Sequence record: SRR31156797_8225
Strand: one strand, 5' to 3'
DNA length: 33,910 nt
Shown: piece by piece, positions 20,177 through 29,123 of the stretch
Numbering within the stretch: the first letter of the stretch is position 1
Layout: each line of letters begins with the position of its first letter
Position numbers and translations under genes: made by a program
The notes under the pieces: generated by a model
Told to the model about the DNA's origin: nothing
The model's input: only the letters and a program-made list of their open reading frames with translations
Database searches by the model: none

Positions 20177-20272
20177 TCGTCACTGCTGGTGATCATCTGT
20201 CGATATTAAAGCGCAAATTGTCGTGATGTTAAATGCATGACAACGCATAAATTCATACTACGCTTTATCCAA

Positions 20273-20288
20273 TGGCTCAATATTTGCT
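20273..20288 (+). promoter_or_regulatory. Sigma54 promoter of DUF3305-DUF3306
   Basis: TGGCTCAATATTTGCT. Confidence 0.7.
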
Positions 20289-20323
20289 TTACATCGCTCT
20301 AACCATGAAAGGATTAGGTGCTT

Positions 20324-20788
20324 ATGTCCGAAAAAAACACAAAAATGCTGCCTGTTGAGAAAAATGAGAGTTGCTGGCCAATGAATTGCCAACTCAAAGA
20401 ACATGAGATTGCGACTGGGATGTGGACGACAACCCAATGGCAATTACTGGGTTTTGATTTGTCGGCGTCTCAAGACGCAGAACACTTTGCGGTGCTGGAG
20501 TTATTCCGCGATGAGCGTACGGATTACCGGTTTAACTTGAGCTCTCAGCAACCCAAACTTTTCCTCGTCCTTGAACAACCAGACAATGGTGATAAGCCTA
20601 AAATCGTTCGCTTGGTTGCGTCGCAAAGCGTTGCTGGCCAATACATGGACGGAGAGTACTTGGTGCTGTCTAGCGATATGCCTTTAGCCGTTCAAGCGTG
20701 GATGGAAGCTTTTATTGGCAGGCATGGAGAACTGTTAGAAGTACGCCGTAAAAAACGTAACGGCGCGGGGAGGTCGAGTGGCCAGTGA
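20324..20788 (+). CDS. DUF3305-family protein (FDH-cluster associated)
   Basis: LELFRDERTDYRFNL, MPLAVQAW, basic tail RRKKR; context. Confidence 0.8.
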   Translation: MSEKNTKMLPVEKNESCWPMNCQLKEHEIATGMWTTTQWQLLGFDLSASQDAEHFAVLELFRDERTDYRFNLSSQQPKLFLVLEQPDNGDKPKIVRLVASQSVAGQYMDGEYLVLSSDMPLAVQAWMEAFIGRHGELLEVRRKKRNGAGRSSGQ

Positions 20789-21299
20789 TAGCTTTTTGTC
20801 CCGTTGGTCTAAGCGCAAAATAGACGGCCCTGAAGAGACGGAACAACCTGAACCTATTGATTTATCAGATAGTGAGCCGGTTAGCGAACCGCTCATTGAC
20901 GATTCAGTCATCGAAACCGAGCCAGAACAGAGTAGCGACAGTGATGAAAATGCTGAGCAACCACAGTCCATCGCCTCGTTGCTTGCCTCTCAAGCGGCAA
21001 AAGAAACCAAGAAAGCCGCTTTGAGAAAGCTTTTCTTAAGCGGAGAGTTTAGCGAAGTGGATCGTCTTAATGACTACGACCATGACTACAGCTCCGTAAA
21101 ACCTTTGGCATCTGAAGTCGCAGAAAAACTTAGACAGTGGGTGAGCAATACTACGGATGACGTAGAGCAACTTGACGACAACATGGTTCAGGAGAGTACT
21201 GCGCCAGAACAAAATGAAGAGGAAAGTCACGTTGAACATCAATTGGATGCGGAGCTTATACAACATGAGCTTAACAGTGAGACAAAAAATACCACATAA
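20778..21299 (+). CDS. DUF3306-family protein
   Basis: FLSRWSKRK, KKAALRKLF, DRLNDYDHDY; acidic low-complexity linkers; overlaps DUF3305. Confidence 0.8.
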   Translation: MASDSFLSRWSKRKIDGPEETEQPEPIDLSDSEPVSEPLIDDSVIETEPEQSSDSDENAEQPQSIASLLASQAAKETKKAALRKLFLSGEFSEVDRLNDYDHDYSSVKPLASEVAEKLRQWVSNTTDDVEQLDDNMVQESTAPEQNEEESHVEHQLDAELIQHELNSETKNTT

Positions 21300-21339
21300 C
21301 AAGTAGGTACATTTTGACCAAATGCAATGAGGCTGCCAG

Positions 21340-21356
21340 TGGGACAAATTGTCTCA
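21340..21356. promoter_or_regulatory. Putative enhancer-binding-protein site (palindrome copy 3, full consensus)
   Basis: TGGGACA-AAT-TGTCTCA; weaker sites at 21278-21294 and 21305-21321. Confidence 0.72.
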
Positions 21357-21396
21357 CACGAGAAAGTTCAGAGAGATAATCTACAAAAAACATCAA

Positions 21397-21409
21397 TAAC
21401 TCACTGATT
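21397..21409 (-). promoter_or_regulatory. IHF site between enhancer and sigma54 promoter
   Basis: Minus strand AATCAGTGAGTTA matches WATCAR-N4-TTR. Confidence 0.55.
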
Positions 21410-21425
21410 ATTTAGCCGAAATTTA

Positions 21426-21442
21426 TTGGAACACTATTTGCT
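21426..21442 (+). promoter_or_regulatory. Sigma54 promoter of the fdh operon
   Basis: TTGGAACACTATTTGCT. Confidence 0.85.
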
Positions 21443-21499
21443 AATATAAAAATATCTATTTAAACGGGTTCCGTTTGGATAAACACTGGAAGCGAGCAA

Positions 21500-23161
21500 A
21501 TGCTAGAACAATACTTACAACAATCGACTTCGCAAAATGGTATCGCACGGTTATCTGCCATTGAAAATACCGTCGAACTGACTAACTTAATTCCACCGAC
21601 TGTCAGTTATGAAAGTGGTGGTCATACACTGATTATCGGCCCTACGAGTCTAATTGAGCGTATAGAACATCAGCTATCGGATGTTAGTTCGTTAACCTTA
21701 CTGTCTGTGGACGGAGAAAAGGGCACTCATAGCAACCTGTATTTTACCGATAGCGTACAAATAAGCGGTTACCTTGGTGCTTTCAATGTCATGGTCGACA
21801 ATCAAGGTACAAGCACAAACTTAGCTAAAGTCGCCATTAATCAAGAAGCGTTCGATATTATTCTTGATATGTCACTTAATGGTGTGATGACCGAAGAAGT
21901 ACCCGTACCGGGTTATTTCCCCGTTGGACGTGGTCATCCAAAATTAGCGGATGCATTAGAACAAATCCCTTCACTGGTTGGCACTTTTGATAAACCCAAG
22001 TTCTTCAGACTCGATACTGATCTGTGTGCACACAGTTCACGAGGCGTTAAAGGGTGTGAACGTTGCGTTGACGCGTGTCCCGCAGGGGCATTATCAAGTG
22101 AAGGCACAGAAAAAACGGGTCATAGGATCGAAATCAACCCGTATTTGTGCCAAGGGGTAGGCACATGTGCGACAGCGTGTCCGACGGAAGCGATTCATTA
22201 CGCGTTGCCAAACCCAAAAGATACCCAAAAATTCATCGAACGTTTACTCAATAACTATTTTCAGGCTGGCGGTGAAAAACCGATTGTTTTGATCTGTAGT
22301 GCGGAACATGAAACCTATAACGTCATGGCACTTAAAGCGCTACCAGATAACATTATTCCAGTAACGGTTGAAGAGTTACCATCCGTTGGTATTGATACTT
22401 GGTTTGCGGCTTTGACGAACGGAGCGACGCAAGTACTTTTTGCTGCTAGTCGCCATATGCCAGCAACCATTCAAAGAATTTTGGAGCAAGAAGTTTCTAC
22501 CGCTCAAACCTTTCTAAATCAGTTAGGACTGGCTAAAGAGACGATTGACATTCTTTATCTTGAATCGCTACGTGAGTCGGCACCAACGCTGATTAATGAC
22601 GATCTTTCTGTTCGCGTAGGTGAACTGGAAGGTAATAAACGAGCACGTTTGTTCCAAGCACTTGATGCGCTAGGTGAGCAGTTCAATGTTGATAAAGTCA
22701 CTCAGCCACTAGAAGCGTCAGCTCCTTATGGAACTATTGAGTGTTCAACGGTCGATTGTACATTGTGTATGAGCTGTGTTGCCGTGTGTCCGACGCGCGC
22801 ACTTCACCATGATGGTGACGTTCCGGGTTTGAAGCTGGTCGAACAAGATTGTGTTCAATGTGGCTTGTGTACCAAAGCGTGTCCAGAAAATGCATTAACC
22901 AGCATACAACAAATGAATTGGGACAAAATGTCTCGTCAGTCAGCGATAACACTTCATCAAGAAGAGCCTGCGCTATGTTTACGCTGCCACAAACCTTTCG
23001 CGCCTAAGTCTATGATTACTATGTTGCAAAATAAGTTACAAGGTCACTCGCATTTCTCTGATGCAGCGGCGCTTAACCGTATTGCGATGTGTGAAGACTG
23101 CCGAGTCGTGGACGTATTTGAATCAATGGCTAATGACCCAGAGCAGCAGCTCAAATATTAA
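21500..23161 (+). CDS. Multi-[4Fe-4S] polyferredoxin-like protein of FDH clusters
   Basis: CAHSSRGVKGCERCVDACP, CQGVGTCATACP, CTLCMSCVAVCP, CVQCGLCTKACP, CLRC...CEDC. Confidence 0.9.
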   Translation: MLEQYLQQSTSQNGIARLSAIENTVELTNLIPPTVSYESGGHTLIIGPTSLIERIEHQLSDVSSLTLLSVDGEKGTHSNLYFTDSVQISGYLGAFNVMVDNQGTSTNLAKVAINQEAFDIILDMSLNGVMTEEVPVPGYFPVGRGHPKLADALEQIPSLVGTFDKPKFFRLDTDLCAHSSRGVKGCERCVDACPAGALSSEGTEKTGHRIEINPYLCQGVGTCATACPTEAIHYALPNPKDTQKFIERLLNNYFQAGGEKPIVLICSAEHETYNVMALKALPDNIIPVTVEELPSVGIDTWFAALTNGATQVLFAASRHMPATIQRILEQEVSTAQTFLNQLGLAKETIDILYLESLRESAPTLINDDLSVRVGELEGNKRARLFQALDALGEQFNVDKVTQPLEASAPYGTIECSTVDCTLCMSCVAVCPTRALHHDGDVPGLKLVEQDCVQCGLCTKACPENALTSIQQMNWDKMSRQSAITLHQEEPALCLRCHKPFAPKSMITMLQNKLQGHSHFSDAAALNRIAMCEDCRVVDVFESMANDPEQQLKY

Positions 23162-23171
23162 GGAATAGGCA

Positions 23172-23786
23172 ATGGAACAGTCTCAATCTATGCGCTCTGA
23201 CATTTATCTATTACTGGCAACACTGTTTAGACAAGCACCAAATCAAGAATTGTTAGGTTTTTTAACTGAACTAGAGTTTGAAAATAATGGCACACCGATG
23301 GCCGCAGCTTGGTCAGCGTTAGTTAACTCGTCAAAGAACGCTGTTGAATCACAGATCGCCGATGAGTACCAAGAGCTATTTATTGGTATTGGTCGTGGTG
23401 AAGTAGTGCCTTTCGCTTCATGGCATATCACAGGCTCGTTGATGGAGAAGCCGCTCGCTGATATTCGTGCTGATCTTGCTCTACTAGGATTAGAACGAAG
23501 CGAAAACGTTAAAGAACCTGAAGATCATATCGCTGCGCTGTGTGAAATCATGTCGTATTTGTGTGAAGCAGAAGAAGGTCAGCAGAAAGCCTTTTTCAAC
23601 CAACATATTGGCTCATGGTTTGAGCGATTAGTAAACCAAATTACGTCAGCACAAAGTGCTCAGTACTATTTAGCTGTGGCTCAGCTACTTGGCGCCTTTC
23701 TATCTTTGGAAAAAGTGTCATTTACTGAAGCCAAATCCAGTAAACGCAATACCCATAAAATAGAAGTAAAGAACCTGTCAAATTGA
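23172..23786 (+). CDS. TorD/DmsD-family molybdoenzyme maturation chaperone
   Basis: EYQELFIG, PFASW, EPEDHI, FFNQHIGSW. Confidence 0.92.
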   Translation: MEQSQSMRSDIYLLLATLFRQAPNQELLGFLTELEFENNGTPMAAAWSALVNSSKNAVESQIADEYQELFIGIGRGEVVPFASWHITGSLMEKPLADIRADLALLGLERSENVKEPEDHIAALCEIMSYLCEAEEGQQKAFFNQHIGSWFERLVNQITSAQSAQYYLAVAQLLGAFLSLEKVSFTEAKSSKRNTHKIEVKNLSN

Positions 23787-23860
23787 GCGATGGTATCGCT
23801 ATAACGTGATGTATTTGGACATCAGCTTGTTGAAAACAACAAGAACGGGATAAGGAAGCA

Positions 23861-24064
23861 ATGATGAAAAAACAACAAAAAGATTTTGATCAAAGCAGAC
23901 GTGACCTGATCAAAGGAATTGGTACGGCCGCTGTGGTTGGAGCTGTTACAGCAACAGTTTCACAGAGTGTTAGCGCCAAAGAAAAGGTTGCAGATGTAGT
24001 TAAACCTCTACAAGACGGATATCACGAGACTCAACACATTCGTGATTACTACGACACGCTATAG
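23861..24064 (+). CDS. Small Tat-signal protein of formate dehydrogenase loci
   Basis: SRRDLIKG twin-arginine motif, hydrophobic stretch, VSA|K cleavage site, C-terminal GYHETQHIRDYYDTL. Confidence 0.85.
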   Translation: MMKKQQKDFDQSRRDLIKGIGTAAVVGAVTATVSQSVSAKEKVADVVKPLQDGYHETQHIRDYYDTL

Positions 24065-24074
24065 GAGCTCTGAG

Positions 24075-26930
24075 ATGAGACTAACTAAACGTTCGGATAA
24101 CGTAACTAAAGAAAAAAATCAGCTCGGAATCAGTCGTCGTGCATTTATGAAAAACAGCTCACTCGCCGCTGGTGGCGCAGTCGTTGGTGCTGGCCTGTTT
24201 GCTCCTGGCATGATCAAAAAAGCGCAAGCTGTCGAAGCTGATCACAATGCAAAAACTGAAGTAAAACGCACTATTTGTTCACACTGTTCGGTAGGTTGTG
24301 GTATCTACGCTGAAGTACAAAATGGGGTTTGGACAGGGCAAGAACCTGCTTTTGATCACCCATTTAACGCTGGTGGACACTGTGCTAAAGGTGCCGCGCT
24401 GCGTGAGCACGGCCATGGTGAACGCCGTTTAAAATATCCAATGAAGTTGGAAGGCGGTAAATGGAAAAAGATCTCTTGGGATCAAGCGATCAATGAAATT
24501 GGTGACAATGTAGAAAAAATTCGCCAAGAATCAGGTCCAGATTCTGTTTACTGGTTGGGAAGTGCGAAGCACAACAACGAGCAAGCATATATGTTCCGTA
24601 AAATGGCATCTCTTTGGGGTACCAACAACGTCGACCACCAAGCGCGTATCTGTCACTCAACCACGGTTGCAGGTGTTGCAAACACTTGGGGCTACGGCGC
24701 GATGACCAACTCATTTAACGATATGCACAACTGCAAATCGATTTTGTTCATCGGTTCAAACCCAGCTGAAGCTCACCCAGTCGCGATGCAGCATATCCTG
24801 ATCGCTAAAGAAAAGAACAGCTGTAAGATTGTCGTCGCAGACCCTCGTCGTACACGTACTGCGGCTAAATCTGACCATTATGTATCGCTACGACCAGGTA
24901 CTGACGTTGCGTTTATCTGGGGTATTTTATGGCACGTATTCAAAAACCAGTGGGAAGATAAAGAGTTCATTCGCCAACGTGTTTTTGGTATGGATGAAAT
25001 TCAATCTGAAGTTGCAAAATGGACACCGCAAGAAGTAGAACGTGTGACTGGTGTTAGCGAAGAAGACGTTTACCAAACGGCTAAGTTATTATCTGAAAAC
25101 CGCCCAGGTTGTGTGGTTTGGTGTATGGGTGGTACTCAGCATACAACCGGTAACAACAACACTCGTGCTTATTGTGTTCTTGAACTTGCACTGGGTAACT
25201 TGGGTAAATCCGGTGGCGGTGCAAACATTTTCCGCGGTCACGATAACGTACAGGGTGCAACGGACCTTGGTGTACTTTCGCACACACTCCCTGGTTATTA
25301 CGGCTTGGCTGATGGTTCATGGAAACACTGGGCGAAAGTCTGGGATATTGACTACGAGTGGATCAAAAATCGTTTTGATCAGAAAGAGTATCGCGGCCAA
25401 AAACCAATGAACAACATGGGTATTCCTGTGTCTCGTTGGATTGATGGTGTGTTGGAAGATAAAGCTAACATTGAGCAAAACGATAATATCCGCGCAATGT
25501 TCTACTGGGGGCACGCGGTTAACTCGCAGACTCGTGGCGTAGAAATGAAGAAAGCGATGCAAAAGCTGGATATGATGGTGATTGTCGACCCATACCCAAC
25601 GGTTGCTGCGGTAATGAACGATCGTACAGACGGTGTTTACCTGCTTCCTGCTACTACACAGTTTGAAACTTACGGTAGTGTGACGGCTTCAAACCGCTCA
25701 ATTCAATGGCGCGATCAGGTAATTGAACCTCTATTTGAATCTAAGCCAGACCACGAAATCATGTATCTGCTGACTAAGAAACTTGGCTTTGCAGACAAAC
25801 TGTTCAAAAACGTTCGCGTTGAAAATAACCAACCGGTCATTGAAGACATTACCCGTGAATTCAACCGTGGTATGTGGACTGTCGGTTACACCGGTCAAAG
25901 CCCTGAACGTTTGAAAGATCACCAGCAAAACTGGCACACGTTCCATAAAACCACGCTGGCAGCAGAAGGTGGTCCTGTTCATGGTGAAACCTATGGTCTA
26001 CCTTGGCCATGTTGGGGGACGCCGGAAATGAAACACCCGGGCACACACATTCTGTACGATACATCTAAACCTGTTGCTGAAGGTGGCGGTACATTCCGTG
26101 CTCGTTATGGTGTTGAGTTTGAGGGTAAAAACCTTCTTGCTGAAGACAGCTTCTCTAAAGACAGCGAAATTGAAGATGGTTATCCAGAATTCAGCGATAA
26201 GCTACTAAAACATCTTGGTTGGTGGGATGACCTAACAGCTGAAGAGAAACAAGCGGCTGAAGGCAAAAACTGGAAAACTGACCTATCGGGTGGTATTCAG
26301 CGTGTTGCGATTAAACACGGCTGTATTCCATTTGGTAACGCTAAGGCTCGTGCGATTGTTTGGACATTCCCAGATAGAGTGCCGCTGCACCGCGAACCAC
26401 TTTACACGCCACGTCGCGATTTGATCGCTGATTATCCAACATGGGATGACGCAGAGTCGATCTACCGTCTGCCAACACTGTATAAGTCGATTCAAGAACA
26501 GGATAAGTCAGGTGAGTACCCAATCATCCTAACTTCTGGCCGTCTGGTTGAGTATGAGGGTGGTGGTGACGAAACACGTTCGAATCCATGGCTCGCTGAA
26601 CTGCAACAAGAAATGTTTGTAGAAGTAAACCCTAAAGACGCTAACGATTTAGGCTTCAAAGACGGTGAAATGGTGTGGGTAGAAGGTGCAGAGAAAGGCC
26701 GTATTCATGTTAAGGCGATGGTGACTCGTCGTGTTCGTCCGGGGATGGCATTCATTCCATTCCACTTCGGCGGTAAGTTCCAAGGTGAAGACCTGAGAGA
26801 CAAATACCCAGAAGGCACGCAACCTTATGTTGTCGGTGAATCGGCGAACATAGCAACCACGTACGGTTACGATCCAACGACTCAAATGCAAGAAACTAAA
26901 GTCACTCTCTGTAACATTCGTAAGGCGTAA
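24075..26930 (+). CDS. fdhA: Formate dehydrogenase alpha (catalytic Mo/W-bisPGD) subunit, Tat-exported, Cys-type
   Basis: SRRAFMK; CSHCSVGC...CAKG FS0 cluster; ARICHS metal-ligand Cys-His; RGHDNVQG. Start at ATG 24075 with AGGAG RBS. Confidence 0.95.
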   Translation: MRLTKRSDNVTKEKNQLGISRRAFMKNSSLAAGGAVVGAGLFAPGMIKKAQAVEADHNAKTEVKRTICSHCSVGCGIYAEVQNGVWTGQEPAFDHPFNAGGHCAKGAALREHGHGERRLKYPMKLEGGKWKKISWDQAINEIGDNVEKIRQESGPDSVYWLGSAKHNNEQAYMFRKMASLWGTNNVDHQARICHSTTVAGVANTWGYGAMTNSFNDMHNCKSILFIGSNPAEAHPVAMQHILIAKEKNSCKIVVADPRRTRTAAKSDHYVSLRPGTDVAFIWGILWHVFKNQWEDKEFIRQRVFGMDEIQSEVAKWTPQEVERVTGVSEEDVYQTAKLLSENRPGCVVWCMGGTQHTTGNNNTRAYCVLELALGNLGKSGGGANIFRGHDNVQGATDLGVLSHTLPGYYGLADGSWKHWAKVWDIDYEWIKNRFDQKEYRGQKPMNNMGIPVSRWIDGVLEDKANIEQNDNIRAMFYWGHAVNSQTRGVEMKKAMQKLDMMVIVDPYPTVAAVMNDRTDGVYLLPATTQFETYGSVTASNRSIQWRDQVIEPLFESKPDHEIMYLLTKKLGFADKLFKNVRVENNQPVIEDITREFNRGMWTVGYTGQSPERLKDHQQNWHTFHKTTLAAEGGPVHGETYGLPWPCWGTPEMKHPGTHILYDTSKPVAEGGGTFRARYGVEFEGKNLLAEDSFSKDSEIEDGYPEFSDKLLKHLGWWDDLTAEEKQAAEGKNWKTDLSGGIQRVAIKHGCIPFGNAKARAIVWTFPDRVPLHREPLYTPRRDLIADYPTWDDAESIYRLPTLYKSIQEQDKSGEYPIILTSGRLVEYEGGGDETRSNPWLAELQQEMFVEVNPKDANDLGFKDGEMVWVEGAEKGRIHVKAMVTRRVRPGMAFIPFHFGGKFQGEDLRDKYPEGTQPYVVGESANIATTYGYDPTTQMQETKVTLCNIRKA

Positions 26931-26941
26931 GGAGCACCACG

Positions 26942-27550
26942 ATGGCTAGAATGAAATTCCTTTGTGACACCAAACGCTGCATCGAGTGCAACGGTTGTGT
27001 GACCGCATGTAAAAACGAAAACGATGATGCTCTGGAATGGGGTATTCAACGTCGCCGCGTTGTAACACTGAACGATGGTGAACCGGGTGAAAACTCAATT
27101 TCAGTCGCTTGTATGCACTGTACCGATGCCCCTTGTATGGCAGTTTGTCCAGCAGACTGTTTTGAACATACAGAAGACGGCATCGTACTGCACAATAAAG
27201 ACTTGTGTATCGGCTGTGGTTACTGTCTGTTTGCCTGTCCGTTTGGTGCTCCTCAATTTCCTAAGCAAACTGCTTTTGGCGAGCGTGGCAAGATGGATAA
27301 ATGTACCTTCTGTGCAGGTGGCCCAGAAACTGAAGCCGGTTCCGAAGAAGAACGTGTTAAATACGGTGCGAACCGTATTGCTGAAGGTAAGTTACCTATG
27401 TGTGCTTCACTATGTTCAACGAAAGCTCTGATGGCTGGTGACGCTGAAACCGTTTCAGACATCTTCCGTCAGCGTGTTGTCGAGCGCGGGGCAAAAGGCG
27501 CAGGTTGGACCGATGGTGAAGACCTTTCCTATGACGCAACTAGGAGCTAG
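26942..27550 (+). CDS. fdhB: Formate dehydrogenase iron-sulfur (beta, FDH3-type) subunit
   Basis: CIECNGCVTAC, CMHCTDAPCMAVCP, CIGCGYCLFACP, KCTFC. Confidence 0.95.
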   Translation: MARMKFLCDTKRCIECNGCVTACKNENDDALEWGIQRRRVVTLNDGEPGENSISVACMHCTDAPCMAVCPADCFEHTEDGIVLHNKDLCIGCGYCLFACPFGAPQFPKQTAFGERGKMDKCTFCAGGPETEAGSEEERVKYGANRIAEGKLPMCASLCSTKALMAGDAETVSDIFRQRVVERGAKGAGWTDGEDLSYDATRS

Positions 27551-27556
27551 TGGCTT

Positions 27557-28627
27557 ATGCGAAATGTAATTGTTCGCGCTGCTAGACAAGTGCTGCCTTT
27601 ATTGGCAGCACTGTTGTGCATAGCATTTCCACCTGCTTTTGCTGAAACAGCGAACAAAGCAGATGTTGCGCAAAGTGAGATGAGTCAGCTTGCTGGTGCA
27701 GACTATTGGCGACAAGTACGTCAGGGTGAAGCAGGGTATACCACATCCCAGTTTCCTGAACATGGTGTACTGATCAGTAAGCCGGGTGAAACCTGGTACA
27801 TACTGAAAGAGAAGTGGATGTCACCAGCAGGTGCCGTCGCTATTTTCGGTAGTATCGCACTGGTTATCTTCGCCTATGTGATTGTCGGACCAATCATGCT
27901 GAGTAAACCGAGAACAGGACGCAAACTGAACCGATGGTCTCGTTTAGACCGTGCACTGCATTGGTCAATGGCGTTTACTTTCTTAACTCTGGCATTCAGT
28001 GGGTTGATGTTGGTTTACGGTAAGCACTTCTTAAAACCGTATGTGCCTTCAGAGTTTTGGGGCTTCGTTATCATGTTAGCGAAACAGTACCATAACTACA
28101 TAGGCCCACTGTTTTTCATCCTACTAATGTTTATGCTTCTTAAGTGGTGGAGAAAATCACTGTTCACCAAAGTGGATATCCAGTGGATGCTTAAATTGGG
28201 TGGTATGTTTGGTAAACATAAAGGTACGCATCCTTCAGCGGGTTTCTCTAACGCAGGTGAAAAGGCGGTTTACTGGCTGCTGATTGTGTTTGGTGCCTTT
28301 GCTGCATTCAGTGGACTGGTTCTAGATTTTCCTATTTTCGGTCAAACACGAAGAGACATGGAACTGTCTAACCTAGTACACATGTTCTCGGCGCTTATCC
28401 TTATTTGTGGTTTTATTTTCCACATCTATATCGGTCTGTTTGGCATGGAAGGGGCGTTAGAAGGCATGGTGACAGGTAAGGTCGACGAAACCTGGGCTAA
28501 AGAACACCACGATTTATGGTACGAAGAGATAAAAGAAAAAGGTGAGATCGAAGAAGCTGACGCCGATTCGAATCACAGTTCGAACTCTTCAACACCAATA
28601 GGAGAGCCTAAACATGACAGCCGCTAA
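27557..28627 (+). CDS. fdhC: Formate dehydrogenase gamma (cytochrome b) subunit
   Basis: RALHW, QYHN, NAGEK, LVH, FHIY, WAKEHH; N-terminal signal peptide and periplasmic extension. Confidence 0.93.
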   Translation: MRNVIVRAARQVLPLLAALLCIAFPPAFAETANKADVAQSEMSQLAGADYWRQVRQGEAGYTTSQFPEHGVLISKPGETWYILKEKWMSPAGAVAIFGSIALVIFAYVIVGPIMLSKPRTGRKLNRWSRLDRALHWSMAFTFLTLAFSGLMLVYGKHFLKPYVPSEFWGFVIMLAKQYHNYIGPLFFILLMFMLLKWWRKSLFTKVDIQWMLKLGGMFGKHKGTHPSAGFSNAGEKAVYWLLIVFGAFAAFSGLVLDFPIFGQTRRDMELSNLVHMFSALILICGFIFHIYIGLFGMEGALEGMVTGKVDETWAKEHHDLWYEEIKEKGEIEEADADSNHSSNSSTPIGEPKHDSR

Positions 28628-29033
28628 TAATAAATCGGTGTGGTTTGTTTATATTGCTAATTTGCTTACGCCGTTTACCTGTTTGTTATCAGGCGTGATT
28701 GGCATTATTTACGCGGGATATCGTCTCGATAAGAATGAAGACGGGGACGTTGCAAACTCCCATTATTACGGGATGATTCGTACCTTCTTTCTATTCCTGA
28801 CGTTTTTCGTCGTATTAATCGTCACTGTGGCAACGACCAACGGCTTGATCATGGGGGTTAGCCGTTATTGGTACGCTCACTCTTGGTTAACCACGCTTGG
28901 TGGTGCGATTCCTTATGTCGGGGCCTTGATGGCGATACTTGCTCTTGTCGTATGGTTCTACAGAATGGCGGTAGGCATGCAGCAATTAAGAAACAATGTT
29001 CCTCACGCCCCTTCAAAAGGACCAAATTTGTAG
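28614..29033 (+). CDS. Small inner-membrane protein (about 3 TM), function unknown
   Basis: 139 aa hydrophobic ORF with AGGAG RBS; overlaps the gamma-subunit stop. Confidence 0.75.
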   Translation: MTAANNKSVWFVYIANLLTPFTCLLSGVIGIIYAGYRLDKNEDGDVANSHYYGMIRTFFLFLTFFVVLIVTVATTNGLIMGVSRYWYAHSWLTTLGGAIPYVGALMAILALVVWFYRMAVGMQQLRNNVPHAPSKGPNL

Positions 29034-29070
29034 TGAATAATGGGCTACGCGCCTGATTGGTTAATTATTG

Positions 29071-29123
29071 TGCTATTTAATGGTGCGCACCAAATCGGTA
29101 CATTTGTACTAATTTGGTGCGCA
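29071..29123. promoter_or_regulatory. Cluster of NtrC-like binding sites upstream of amt
   Basis: TGCTATT-TAA-TGGTGCG (29071), CGCACCA-AAT-CGGTACA (29086), TGTACTA-ATT-TGGTGCG (29105), compared with TGCACCA-N3-TGGTGCA. Confidence 0.72.

Noticed and set aside
20830-20970. Repetitive acidic E/P/S/D stretch in DUF3306
   Set aside because: Low-complexity linker with no exact nucleotide tandem repeat
24075-26930. Selenocysteine recoding in the FDH alpha subunit
   Set aside because: The ORF is uninterrupted and the ligand position is TGT (Cys) in ARICHS
24490-27462. Many short alternate-frame and antisense ORFs within fdhA and fdhB
   Set aside because: Expected from biased codon usage in the real genes; no domain signal
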